DNA from: Bigelowiella natans CCMP2755
Lineage: Eukaryota; Protista; Cercozoa
Length of the DNA stretch: 64,000 nucleotides
Direction: 5' to 3'
NCBI GenBank assembly: GCA_000320545.1
Contig: ADNK01003500.1
Location: forward strand, 1-64,000
The position numbers and the translations under genes were made by a program. The notes below the pieces were generated by a model. It saw nothing but the letters and a program-made list of their open reading frames with translations. It had not been told where the DNA came from and searched no databases. Of the stretch, positions 24,316 through 45,127 are shown piece by piece (position 1 is the first letter of the stretch; each line of letters begins with the position of its first letter).

Positions 24316-24460
24316 AGCTTGTGGTCACACATTGTCTGCACGGATCTATGTAAATTATTGATATTAGGATAGAGAAGAACCATCATTTACTACATCATCT
24401 CCACACACGTTGTAACATATATTATCGATGTTGTCATCATCATCATCATCATCATCATTA

Positions 24461-24499
<39 letters not shown>

Positions 24500-25047
24500 A
24501 CAAACCTACCCCTTTAGTGCCGTGTACAACGCAGAACAAGTCTTCAACTTGCCCTTAGCTAGGGCTTTTCTCGTTACGCACTCTAATTATTGATTTATAG
24601 TAATAGTAGTTGTAGTAGTAGTAATAGTAGTAGTAGTAGCAAAGAACGGAAGAATGTGATGTCATCTATGTTGATTATAATGATATGCGAGGGATGAAGG
24701 AATGTTGGAGGAGTAGTGAGTGTCATTATCTCTCTCTCTCTCTATGCGAGGGATGAAGGAATGCTGCAGGAGTGAGTGTCATTATCTCTCTCTCTCTGAT
24801 GCAAGCAACCACCTTTTTCTCCCATCCTGTATATCTTACTATTTCTTTCAAATATAGTGGCAGCCTTCTTTGTGTGTGCTAGAGCTCTTTCGAAACATAG
24901 CTCCCAACTTTCATACCTGAGTAATAGTAGAAGCAGGAGGAGGCAATATCGATGATGATTTCTCAACGTAGCAGTAGTAGTAGTATAGTAGTAGTACATA
25001 ATCATAGGAGGAGGAGGGGGAGGAGGGGTTGATACTCCTTGGTTCAG

Positions 25048-25082
<35 letters not shown>

Positions 25083-25281
25083 TGAGGAAGAGGAGACATC
25101 ATTATTACAACAATTGTTAAACAGATGCTACATGCAACGAACGTCGTTCATGAGAGACAACATCTAATAGTAAATTCAGATGAGGATGATCATATGTGGT
25201 TCACTTTATATATTAAAATTAATTTCCCCCTCCCCACCCCCCCCCCCTCTCTCTCCCTCTCTCTCTCTCTCTTCGCCTTCA

Positions 25282-25321
<40 letters not shown>

Positions 25322-26475
25322 AAGTTAAAATATGTAACGTATGCGTACATCGTCAATACTCAAGCATCCAATATAAAATAACTTTCGTTATTATTTTATT
25401 CTTTAGTCCAATGTAGGATGAAATTAGTCACTAGTAATAATAACAAATCATCACCTACCTAAAATGGCACGATTCCATTGGAACAACCACTACGGGGTTA
25501 TTTGCCTTATTTGGGGTAGATGATGGATCAACGTGGCCTATTGACAGTATCATACCATTCTCTGCTCAATCAATATGTTCGTTAATGAATATTATAACCG
25601 ATGGTGATGATCATCAATCTATGTTATTAAGAATCATTTTTTAAATAGAATTGATTGTTATAAATACCATTTAGTTTTGCAATAGCTTCTGCACATCCAT
25701 ATGTTCCTCCGCATCCAATTCGATCACAACCAGCAGCATCAGCTAAGTTTCCACTACATACCGAGCTCTAAACATTGTTATGTATTAAATGTGTTCATCA
25801 TAATGATGTCACTAGTTGTCGTTGTAGTACTTCAACACTAGACATCGTTAGATTAAAGACTGTTTCGGCGATAAACTACTTACTATTCCCACATGAGATA
25901 TCAAGTAATGACATAGATTACCAGCAACAAATGATGCTAAGAAGCTTGTTGTAGCGTACATGAAAGAGAATAAGCAATATTAAACAGCTAAAAGCACCTT
26001 TTGGCAGCATGCGACATTAAGAGTTGAGTATATGTTCTCCAGGCTTTTGGTACAATTCATTAACTCGTATTTCTCTTGTGTTGCCTTTAGAATAGGAGAA
26101 CAGGAGGAGGAGGAGAAGACATTCTATTTACTTACTTTTTTAATGTTTTCCTATCGTCCAATATGAATGGATGAATGATGACGTGGATAAATACCAAAAG
26201 ATAGTTACACTATATAATTCTCTGCTTCATTTTTCGTCGCTTATCTGTGAACATTTTTGTAATTGCAAAGTATTAAGTGAGCTGTAGAAGTGGTGTTGTT
26301 GTACGTAATAGTAGTATTAGAAGTGTAGTAGTACCATCTCCCTCGAACGATTATATGCTTGCAGAGCATCATTTATGTAGTTGTGAGCTGTGGATAATCC
26401 TTCTTCTTCCCTATCGTTCTCGCCTTCATCCAGTCTACGAGATACTGTCTAAACATGTATTTGTGTGTGTGTGTT

Positions 26476-26509
<34 letters not shown>

Positions 26510-26902
26510 CAGTCATTTTTCATTCGTAGAAGTAATAAAATGTGTGTATTATATAATTGTTATTCTAAAGAAAGCAATTGTTGATATATACAAACGTATG
26601 AATTTGATGGTTTCTCCTCCTCATATTCCTCTTCCTATTCCTATTCTTTTCCCTCCTCCAGAGAGTAAGAATAGACCAACATCCAGCAGCTACAAGCATC
26701 TATAAATAGCCTTGCTATCGTTACTACTATTACTATTTTCTATTCTTTACAATAACAAATACTAATAATTATATAGGAACTACAACTCGTACCTTAGATC
26801 ACACGATCTTATGTTGTCAAATAGAGATTTTGTAAGACTTTTATCTACCAACAAGTAGCAGATACGAAGAAGAAGAAGAAGAAGAAGAAGAAGAAGAAGA
26901 AA

Positions 26903-26937
<35 letters not shown>

Positions 26938-28260
26938 ATAGTAGTAGTACGATTGTCAGGGTTAAGGGAACTAATATGCTAAGCACCGATGTACACACAG
27001 CATCAAAGGAATAATCACACGGGAAGTACTAACAGCTGAGTACTACAATTACTACCACTACTATTCTAACGTACTACTAGTTGACGAATATTCATATTCC
27101 GTGCGTGTTATTGATAAATTGGGATCATCGATGATAAGACAGCAGTCTGCTGCTGTAGCTAGACTTACTATGACAATGAAGATGACGACAAATTAGAAAT
27201 TTTAATTATAAAGTGTTAAGTAATTATCTTGAAATAGCAGCAGCAGTCTAATATCACGTGTAGGATGTTAATTTCAAATCTTCAATTTCTGCTAAATTTC
27301 TAGTTTCACACCCTACGGGTACTACTGCTACTATTTATTGCTACTTACTACTTCTTTACTACTACTTATCACTAGTACTACCCAACCTGCATGATAAGAT
27401 TCGATGAATACACTCTCATCCACACCGTATAATGTCTTAATAATCAGCTGCAATCAACAACAAAGAACACCATGTTATAATAAGCAATCCCATAATAAAT
27501 TGATAAATTGTGCTTATTATATTACCAAACATTGATCAGCAAACAGAAGTCATGGTGATCATTACTAGTATAATACACTAAACAAGCTTCTCGTGGATTA
27601 TTATCTTTCGTTTGTATGTATCTTATAATATAGGTTTGTCAAAGCTGTTACCAATGCTATTACGATATTATACTACTTAATTGTTTTTATCGAAATACTC
27701 GTTGTCAGTCTGTCATTATCGTGATTTCTATGGATTATTACGTCAATTGTGACTTTCCCTCTCGGAGTCAGCGAACCTTTCGAACTATACACACATGATA
27801 ATTGATACAGATCATCATCGTCATCATTATCATGTTCAGATTCAATCGTTTACATATATACATATTTATTAGGGATGTATAGACAGCAGAAGAGAGTAAA
27901 ATGATGTTTCGAATAATAATACTACCTTATTTCATTTTCTAGGATCTGATTCACTTTTTTCTGAATGAATCGCCCGTTATGCAAAGCTGCCGCATGATCT
28001 GAGATGAGTTTCAAGGCAGAAGAAGTCGCTGCAGCAGCAGCAGATCCTGATTCCCATTGGGAATGATCAGAAGTGCCGTTGTTTTGTTGGTCTAGCTGCT
28101 GCTGCTGAATCCCGTCAGTAGTAGTAGTAGTAGTAGCTAATGATGATGATGATGTTGTTGTTTCCGCTGGCACAGTAGAGGCAGAAGCACCAGGAAGAAG
28201 AATGGCAAATCTGGCGACAAGAACGAAGGATAGTACTGCAGCGGGATTTCTTCCCATCAT
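21210..28260 (-). CDS. Hypothetical secreted or surface protein with many small exons
   Basis: N-terminus MMGRNPAAVLSFVLVARFAILLPGASAS looks like a signal peptide. GT-AG exons include a Cys-rich segment (SSVCSGNLADAAGCDRIGCGGTYGC), a Pro/Thr/Ser stalk (QPTSTITQQPSSAPTASPS..EPTYKPS) and a hydrophobic last exon. No family recognised; could be more than one gene. Confidence 0.45.
21268..21364. repeat. Tandem duplication, 48 + 47 bp units
   Basis: atatccrttcccttcctcatt(t)gagaccatggggacaacgtacttggg x2. Confidence 0.9.
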
Positions 28261-28532
28261 CGTACACGTGAGTTTCTTCGAGGGAGGAGAAGGACTTTAA
28301 TGATGATGATGATGTGGAATGCTTATTGGGTATGTACTACACCAACAAACACTTTCTAGGAATGAGCGGCTGATCAACAGTAGAGGAGGGGAGACCAGAT
28401 GATGAGAATCAAATATTCAAATGTCAGGAAGACATCCTAGCCGATAAATTAAGTTATTATTTATACATTTCATTCATCATTATTACAGGGCAATTATTCA
28501 AGACGACAACTGCTGAGCAGCCAGCCGCTGAG

Positions 28533-28572
<40 letters not shown>

Positions 28573-28657
28573 GCAGCAGACACATCTCATACACGTGTCG
28601 ACTAGGACAAGTAGTACCGGGAGGAGGGAGGGAGGAGGAAGCGGAGAGAGAGAGAGA

Positions 28658-28867
28658 ATGAGTACTGAAAGCAGCAACAGCAACCAGAAGAAGTCAACAG
28701 CTCATCACCATGATGATCATAAGAATAAATGCAACGACGACGACGACAACACTACGAATAGGGCTGCTGCTGTCGAGAATGATGATGAGGTAATAATCGT
28801 CGCACAGACAGTCACCACCAAGCGTATGATGGTGCTTGGAGATCAATCGATCCACGTGTCATTAGTA

Positions 28868-28923
<56 letters not shown>

Positions 28924-29474
28924 AATCGTCTACGCAGGCAGATATCACCATCCTTGGCAATGCTACTAATCTCACAACAACAATCAGATATAACCATCAT
29001 CCTTGGCAATGCTACTAATCTCACAACAACAATCAGATATCGTCGCCGTTGTCTTCGTTCGATTTTGGAATATGGTACCCGCGTCTTCGAAAGCATGCAG
29101 TAAAAGCTGAGGCCATAGAACTTCCCATGGATTTCATCGAGTATGTTAGGACTACCATGGATGATATTTTAACAACATCAGTTGTTCATTATTCACTCTG
29201 ATTTGTAAGCTTGATGATATTATTGCTCATAACGACGATGATGCTGCACCCAGTATTCTAATTAGCATCATCCTTCTTCTCGTTGAAAGGTATTTATGCG
29301 AGGATGGTGTGTTCATTCCCCCTTCACTTGCTCCTGTTGCTGATGACGACGATGCATCTTGGGGAGGTTTTTCTGACGATGAAGAAGGCGGGTGGGAGGA
29401 GAATGCGGTAGTACTTTAGCTACTACTGTTTCTTGCTAGTTGCTACCCTGAAGATTTCTTAGTATTTCACTTCT

Positions 29475-29506
<32 letters not shown>

Positions 29507-30384
29507 ATGGTACTTTATTCCTTGTGTGCTGTCCCCTAGCTAGCTCCTCCCCCTCCTCCTTGCGTTTGTACTTGCACAATTATCCGTACTACTAGTAGGA
29601 TGATTAAGCTTGCTGCCGCTGCTGCTGCTGATTTGCCCTTATTACTACACTGAATCGTACTAGTACTTACCTTCCTCATACGAATATGCTAGTAGTGCTA
29701 GTAGTAGTAGTAGTTGTTGTTGTTGTTGTAGTGAATGGCACCATGGATAGATGGTTCTTTTTGCCCTTAGCAGCAGCAGCAGCAGCAGCAAGTATCCCCA
29801 TCATATGCATCATAGGATTTGTTCCTTCTCATCATCATCATCATCATCATCATCCTTGTTCTCACTATGGTATTTGTACAATACAAACAACAATACGGCT
29901 ACAAGGATGGTGCTACTACAACAACAACTACTACTACCAGAGATTTCTTCCCAAACCTCATGGAAAGGTTATCGAAAGTAATCGATCGTCTGGGAGGTGG
30001 TGGAGGCGGAACAACAGGTGTTGATAGATTATAATAACACGTTGTTATTGTTTAGATTCATATATTACTACCACCAGGGAATAACGGTGGGGTATTTCCA
30101 AAGTTAAATCACATTGCTCCGACAGATGCAAGGTACACTACTTATAGTAATTGTTGTCATCATCGTCCATCATCAAGTGACGTCGTCTATGAAATGAGAG
30201 AGTCCAACAGCTAAGACAGAGTAAAAAAAATAATAATAGTATAGGCATTATTATTGTTACTATTATTATTGATGATTGAGTAATAGGTGGGTGAGTTGTG
30301 ATCGGAGCCTTCGTTGCCGTTCGATTGGCGAGGTACTCTTACTCTTAAAGTCATCTTCAAAAATAGGTATTATATGTATATATG

Positions 30385-30423
<39 letters not shown>

Positions 30424-30433
30424 CGGATCGTCA

Positions 30434-30469
<36 letters not shown>

Positions 30470-31076
30470 GTGCTGCTGCTGCAGCGACTACTTACTACCT
30501 TTTTGCCGATTGATAAAATTGCTTTTTAATCATCGAAGAAGAAGAAGAAGAACAGCACACACACTAACAACAACATCAACATCAATGGCTGCTACTACAG
30601 GGGACTTACTTGCTGGTGCTACTCCTGCTGCTCTGCCTGGATTGAGTACCCTGCTACACAGTGGGACGAGGAAGGAGAAGAACACATCGTCGTGCCCAGA
30701 TAATGATGATGATCATGATGATGGTGCTACTACTGGCAATGACAGCAGTTGTTTGAAAACAACTTTGACGCCATTTAAATCATCAACAATAAATAAAAAT
30801 GAGAATGATGATGATGAGGAGGAGGGGGAGGAAGAGGAGAGTAATGAAGAAGGGAGGGGGGGGGAGAAGGAAAAGGGACGAGGCAATAGTGAGAAAGAGC
30901 AGGCACAACATCAAGATGCACCGGCAGCATCGATGATAACATCGAGGGAGTATGCAGAGAAGAAGAAGATAGTCCATAGTAATACGATAGCTAAGTATCA
31001 ATTGATCTTGAAGAAATACTGCAACTTGGTAATAATAATAATATGTCGATCAACACGCTATAAGTCAAAGTAGTAC

Positions 31077-31107
<31 letters not shown>

Positions 31108-31228
31108 TACGTATTATCGGCTCTGTACCGCTTCTATTACCTCCACAAGAAACAACTATCAATCAATCCATCAACCAATAATCAATAACAACAACAGAAC
31201 ACGCCAGGGGGCAGGTGTCATCATATGT

Positions 31229-31264
<36 letters not shown>

Positions 31265-31318
31265 GATGTGCGTTGAAGTCGTTGTCGTCGTGTCTGTCTA
31301 TCCTGAATACTATCGAAA

Positions 31319-31357
<39 letters not shown>

Positions 31358-31812
31358 CACAATAACAAGACATGTATTAATAAGGTATTCTCTTCCTCCT
31401 CCCCCTCCCCCTCCTCTTTATCATCATCGTCGTCGTCGTTAATGTATGACCTTGTTGTTTCATATCAGGTACCTGCACGAGAGATGCGTTGTTTTGTACG
31501 GCAACAAAGGTATTATTATACACGCACATACTCGATTTTATTAACACATGAGAAGTTAAGGCTAAGAAAGATGTACACGTGTGTATTCGCTCTTGCTTGG
31601 TAGTGATAGTGTCCACGTCACATTGTATGATGTAATGATGTATAATACACGATGATAATACTTACATTATGTCAACGACAATAGATACTAATAGTGTAGC
31701 TTTTCTTCTTATTCTTCCTCCTCACTATGAAGTAGTGCATACATGCATGCTACCACGTGTAAAGAGGAGGCGGCTTCAGTCTTTTGTTGATTTATGATTA
31801 TTCACATACTTG

Positions 31813-31853
<41 letters not shown>

Positions 31854-33312
31854 ACTATTTTACAAATGGTGTTGTACTACTCATCATCATCATCATTATC
31901 ATCATCATCATAATATGTTTGATCATAACTGTCCTTCTAATTCTTCCTCTTCTTCTTCAGGCTAGTGGCTGTCTGCCAGCGCTCTGATAACTTTTATGAA
32001 CATTTGAAACATGTAAGAAGTTCATTAAGTCGTCGTCTTAGTAGTAGTAGTAGCGGTAGTAGTAAATTATAAAACATTTGAAAAACAACAACAACAACAT
32101 CTGAAATTGACGATGATGGTGATGCTGCTGATGGTGATGCTGCTGATGATGATGATGCCGCTGATAACGATGCACTTCATAAGCAGAAGTAAGATGTGGT
32201 CGTCATCATCACCATCACCATCACCATCACCATCACCATCACCGCACTTAATTGTTATCGTTTGTGCTTTTTGTGTGTGTGAGTGAATTATCATCCAATT
32301 ACGAGATGGAAGAAGACCGTAACTAGATGATTGTGTATGTAGTAGACGGAAAGTTGTTGTTTATACATGATAATAATGATGATGATGATAAGGAGGATGA
32401 TGATGATGGTGATGATGATGTCCACAACTTACATATATAGTCAACGCTATCTTCAAATCTATTCTTATAGGAAATACCAAGTATTAAGTCCGTAATTGAC
32501 AAGTTTTTCACGGAGGTCATTCTACCAGAAATGGCGATGATGACAGATTTCGTGACAGATGTGTACGTCGATAAGGTAATAATAATAATAATGATAATAG
32601 TAATAACGATGATAGATGGTTATATCCTAATGAATGTCCTCATAGATGAACGATCCATCCAATACATTTATTTCCCTGCTGACATCCAAATATATCAGAA
32701 AATGCGTGTGTGGGTGATTGACATGCACCCATTTGGCACAAGCGACCCGTTGCTGTTCTCCTACGATGAACCTCCTCTCATGTCTGCACGTAGAGTCGAT
32801 GAGAGGAAGAGCAATGAGAAGGATGAAGTGGTTGATGATGATCAGGAGAAGGAGAGAAAGGAAGATGTCTGCAGTAGTAGTATTAGTAGGCCGTTAAAAA
32901 CGACAAGTAAACACACACGACAACACAATAACAACTTTGAAATGCGAATAATTCGTTCCGAGGAGGAGTCCCGGCCATCATTCTTCACTTATGATCGGTA
33001 ACATGTAGGCAGTGAAGAATGCTCACTGTATCGATGATGACACATCACACAAACACCAATACATCATAGATCTGCAACCGTGATTGCTTAATATTTGTTT
33101 TCGTGTATGAAACCGACGTACGAATGCACAACTTTGGTCTCCTTCCCTCCCCCTGCTATGGTGATGTATGCGCCTCATCACTCTGCTTCACATAGACATT
33201 CTCACTGCTCAGATTACCTCAAGAGAAAGTAATGATGAACTTGACGTCGACGGAAGCAATTGAGCAGATGGTGGACGCAATCAGAGAGGGCAAACTGGAA
33301 GATACTACGTAA
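28658..33312 (+). CDS. CDC123: Cell division cycle protein 123 (D123, eIF2 assembly factor)
   Basis: FDFGIWYPRLRKHAVKAEAIELPMDFIEYLCEDGVFIP, GVFPKLNHIAPTDARWV, LRCRSIGEVLLLLKSSSKI, LVAVCQR, DFVTDVYVD, RVWVIDMHPFGTSDPLLFSYDE; stop 33310-33312; start uncertain. Confidence 0.9.
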
Positions 33313-34234
33313 TGATGCACCAAGCTGGAAATAGCTGCTGCAATAAGTTTGGGCAAAATGGATGTGTACGACATCATGCAAGCACTTTATTTGCAAGATG
33401 CTTTTCCAGTATCGTACGTACATGCAGCTGTGTGGCGCTGTGGTCTAGCTAGTGGCCATTAAATCGATCAATGCTATATGGCACAATAATAAGCGCAGTA
33501 GGGACCACGTACAATGCTGCTAGAATGCATATTGCCACAGCTAGACAGATGCCTGCAGCTCACTGCAAACGTCATTGCTGCTAAGAACTTCATTCTTGCG
33601 AATTTGGGAATTCTGCACATACAACTGTGCTCTGGGCGAACATTTAGATGCAAGATGATGAGGACGATACATCTAGATGTCGTGTTCAGCATTGCATCAC
33701 TCGCAACATCTCGCATAGCACACACTCAATGTCACGGTAGCTAGCTAGCTTCTGGAGCAATGCATTGTCTAGGCACATGGACATGCGCCACGGTCCATGC
33801 TAGCATGCTCGTCTGTATTTTAATTTAGCTCACAAAATATGCTCTACAGATGTTGCTGCTGTACGTCATGCGACGATACAACACGCTTGCAGATGTCATA
33901 GCTAAATTGTATCGCGACAGTCATGGAGACATACGCTGTGCAAATGAATTCTATTTCTAAAGTGTAGTAAGCTTGCAAGAACATATCTAGATATGCATTC
34001 ACAATGCATGTGGGAACAGTTCTGAGGACATCACAGTTAGCTGCTGCTCTTCCCTTCTGGCTGAGCTAATCTGCGATAAAATTAGGAATATTATGTGTGT
34101 TGTGTGCGGTGCCACTGCTAGACGGTCGAACTTCTCATAAGGTAGCGACTAGTCCTCATCAATTTTAGTATATTTTGGAAATTGCTATTTGTTATAATAT
34201 CATCTCTATCAGCAGCATTTCGCATTAGTGCTAG

Positions 34235-41066
<6,832 letters not shown>

Positions 41067-41219
41067 TCCGCGCGATGTGCAAAGTTATGAGAGGTAGAGA
41101 TCTCCCCCACGATTCATACACCAAGAGCCTATTTTCGTATCAAATTTGTTGGGGAGTTTTATCCGTTAACGAGGTCAATGGGGTGGAGGAGCAGTGCTCA
41201 GTGTCGCCTCAGAGACTAC

Positions 41220-42060
41220 TCGGAGATTGTCCGAGATTGTTCGAGATCATGCTCTCTCGATTCACATTCCATCATGGCATTTATTCCATAGTCAGTCACA
41301 TGTGGCACCTGAGTCTGGCGCATCATGTCGCAAATGTTCAAATTATGACAGATGATGGCTTGAGTCTTCATTGGCTTTTGCATGGCATTCATGGAATTTT
41401 TGCCTTTTTTGTGCACAATGTCTTGTCTCAATTCTAACTTCCACATCCATGAACAAGTGAGCGAGTGCAATGGAATGATGACAGAGGACGCCCTGCTCCA
41501 TTCGCCCGTTTGTTCTTCGAGGCGCGTGTGCGCCCAGCTAGCAGCTAGCCAGCTTGCCAGCAGCACAGCACAACCGTGCCAGCGTGCATCACGTTGGAAC
41601 GTCTGTCAAACAAACATGAATGAATCAATCAAAAATCGCATTCAAATCGCATCAATCCTCGCGATCAGACTCGTCTTGAGATGCATGGTGGACTGCAGCG
41701 ATGCCTTTCACTAACAGGCGCGACTGCCGTGCAAACTCACCTATTTGTTTCAAAGTGCTTGTGAACGGGGTGACTGCGGTGATGCAATGTCTAGATGTGT
41801 TTGATGCCGATGTCATGCTTGTTTCCCAAGCTAGCAAGCTAGCAAGTGGCGATGCTTCCGCATCCATTTTCGAAAACGGGCGCGCATGGAAAAGGGGGGC
41901 GAAGAAGCGCAACGCACGGTGTCGAAAAGAGACAAAGTTCAGTCGACACTTCATCTCGCTGATTGAATCGCGTGTTGCTGCCACTTTCACAGATTCACAT
42001 GACTAGACAAATGAATGCTGTGCACGTGCGCATGTCTAGATGTGCACATGCGAGCGTCGG
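41220..42060. other. TpA-depleted intergenic island
   Basis: Hand count 41441-42060: 9 TA in 620 bp, 7 in CTAG and 2 in other CTA contexts. Confidence 0.85.
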
Positions 42061-42299
42061 AATCTATAAATCAGTTGCGAGCAGGGAATGAATGTAACGT
42101 TGAGGGGCACACGCAGTGTAGTCACATTTCATGCGCTTTTGTGAATGCCACATCAAGTAGATCATGTTCCGTTAGCTCTGGTTCTGGCTGAAATGATTCC
42201 TTCACGCGATCGAACTCAACATTTTTCACCTTTTTATCAAAGCATGCATCATTGCAGAACCAGTTCAAAGCAGAGGGAGATGCGAATCAGATGCATTCA

Positions 42300-42723
42300 C
42301 TAGGGTATTACCATGCAGATGAGCTCCTTCACGGCTCTCCTCCCTGACTCTACAGCTCCATACACACATTGCTGACCAACGAGACTCGTAGCCTGTTATG
42401 TTGACCACATTGTAGAGGGTGAAATATTTCGCTGAGGTGTGTTAATCCTCATGATAAATTAACTTACCTCTCCGGCAAAAAAACATCGAGGGTCTTCATG
42501 GGGATGTGGCCATGATAAAAGCAGAGGATCGAATTGTTGGCTCTCTACCCCAAGGAAAGAATATGACCTGTTTGGTATGGTGTTTATAGTGCAAGTATAA
42601 TAGAAGAAGTACATTTGTCAGTCAGTGCTTACGAAACAGATTAAGACGAAAAGAACGTAATATAAAGGATCGCATCAGAAATGATATTTTCATGCCATTC
42701 ATTGTTATTCCCTTAAATGTTCG

Positions 42724-42762
<39 letters not shown>

Positions 42763-45092
42763 CATTGTAATACCCTAATGAAAAAGGATCTGTATCCCAT
42801 CGAGTGACTATTTGGTCAACGGGGCAAGGTAGCCTAATGGATGACGACGACAACAAACAATTTGAGAAGGAGCAAGTCACAACAGCGTATCAGAAAAACA
42901 AACAGCAACCGTCATACAAAACCGTACTATTACCTTGACTTAGAATCCATTTTGCGAAACATTGTTTGGAGGGTTTCCATCACCTATTTGTGCGCCGCAT
43001 TAGGAGGAATGCTCATAGAATCATTACTCTCTGCATGTTACCTTCTCCACAACTTTATCGTCATTTCCTTGTCCTTTGAAGTTATATGCATATGGAGGCC
43101 ACACATGAGCTACCAGAACGCCCTCCTTTTTAGGTGATACGAGTAGCAGCAGTAGATTAGCAAAGAATTTATAGAAGATCACAGACAAACAACATTATTA
43201 CGCTTCTCCCACACCAGCTACCTTTCCGTATGCGTGCATATTTAGCCATTGAATGCAAGGATCCAGGCAATTAAAGTTTGGAACTTCCTGATTTTGATGA
43301 TTCCAAAGGGAATGGTAAGATTAATTGGCTCTCACCACCCTGTGCAAGTGGTGGTACCTTTGGCCAGAATATGTCCTTCTTCGCAAACCGTAGTATCACC
43401 TAAGAAAATATGTTCTTTGGATGATTATAACAGTCTTTTTTAAGTATCACGTTTGCCGAAGAGAACCAGATTATTATCCCGTATAGATTATTGTCGATAT
43501 CATTATGAATTATCATCATTATCATGCTTGAAGTAGCCATTGCCTTGTTATGAGCGCCGCTACCCATCCTGTCAATGGCTCTTTGTTGTTCCTGCAAATT
43601 GAAAATAACTACTGCCTCAGTAACAATACCATGCATTTCAGCATTGGCACCAACATCACCATCCCTCCTTTTTAAATCAAGAGAAAATATTGATCATCGT
43701 TCGCACAACTATTACTTCTCGAATTGGGGGAGCAAAGTGAATTTTCCTCGATTTCAGCACGCCTATTGGAACTGTGCATATAACGTAATCGGCGAAGAAA
43801 TCGAGCTGGTCACCATGATCTTGATTGTCTTTGCCATCCTTCTTCTTACATCTCACATGCACGCGAGAGCCATTACTATTGCGGGTAAACAGAAAGAAAC
43901 GAGAACAATAATCCTTGCATTGAGTGTGAATGTGTGTGTGTGTGTGTGTGTTTCGAAGCGGGAGGGATATTTAACAACCAATTCAATCTGGGAAGGTTCA
44001 TGGAATAAAATGATGCCAATATTGGTGCTATTTATGATGATAATGATGATGATGATGAGGATGATGATGATAATAATGATGCCCCGACTTTATAACATTA
44101 ATCTCCGTGACAATGCGACTCAGCTGCAGATTTTCATGCTGTGTCGATTGTGGCCATTTTGTTGACGAAGATGCATCAGAACTGCCACTGCTGCTATTCC
44201 AATTCAAAGATGGTTTCAGCCGAAGTAGCTGAGATTCCATAACATCTTGATACCCATCCAATACCTAATAAATGCTTGAAAGCTAACAATGGGATACATA
44301 GGATTGATATGTAACTTAAAGAACTTGTATTGGCTTTTATTTTTCAGATTATTGCGTTTCTTTCTCAGTGAAGAATGATTCGATTTCCTTCCTGTTGTTT
44401 TCTCCTCAATAATGCACAGCATAGACACCCACCAAGAGATCAGCTTCTCCTCGATAATTTTCATAGTTATCCTCGTTGTTATCGTTTCCTGCTTCTTTTG
44501 ACAGGAATCGAACAGGTATGCTCCTATTAGTGGAATGCGTCAAATCATATCCATAAATCAATAGAATATTTTAGTGAAATGCAAACTTTTTCTTTTCTTC
44601 GTTGATGCTGTTGACGATGCTTTGGATGATTCTCCCCCTTTGCGACTCTCCCTCATGTGGAGGAACTTTTGACAAACATCCACAAATAGTATGCACGCAC
44701 AAACGAAATTATAATAAGATGCTGATGTTAATACGGCTTTTCTACAGTGGGATATACTACAACTACCATCACCACCACCATCATCATCATCATCATCATC
44801 ACCCTTACTTTTAATTCATCGCACTATGCGCCATGACATGTGCAGCCTTTGCACTAAGAAAGATACAAAAAACTGCCCCCGAGAATACTAGTATGCTTCT
44901 CACTATCTTCCCCTCCTCTCCTTTGAAGTGTTATTTTACCTCGAGAGATCTCGAGCGCATCGGTGTCTTCATCTTCGTCTTCTAACCTCTCCTCCATACC
45001 ATCCCCGCTGATGATGATGAAGGAGCGAATGACCAATAAGTAACACTTTCATCATCCATAGAGACTTCTTTATCACTACAAGCAGTAGCAGG

Positions 45093-45127
<35 letters not shown>

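Noticed and set aside
28362-28455. ATG AGC GGC TGA followed by an open frame (possible readthrough or selenocysteine) upstream of CDC123
   Set aside because: No homology or SECIS evidence; more simply a uORF or chance.
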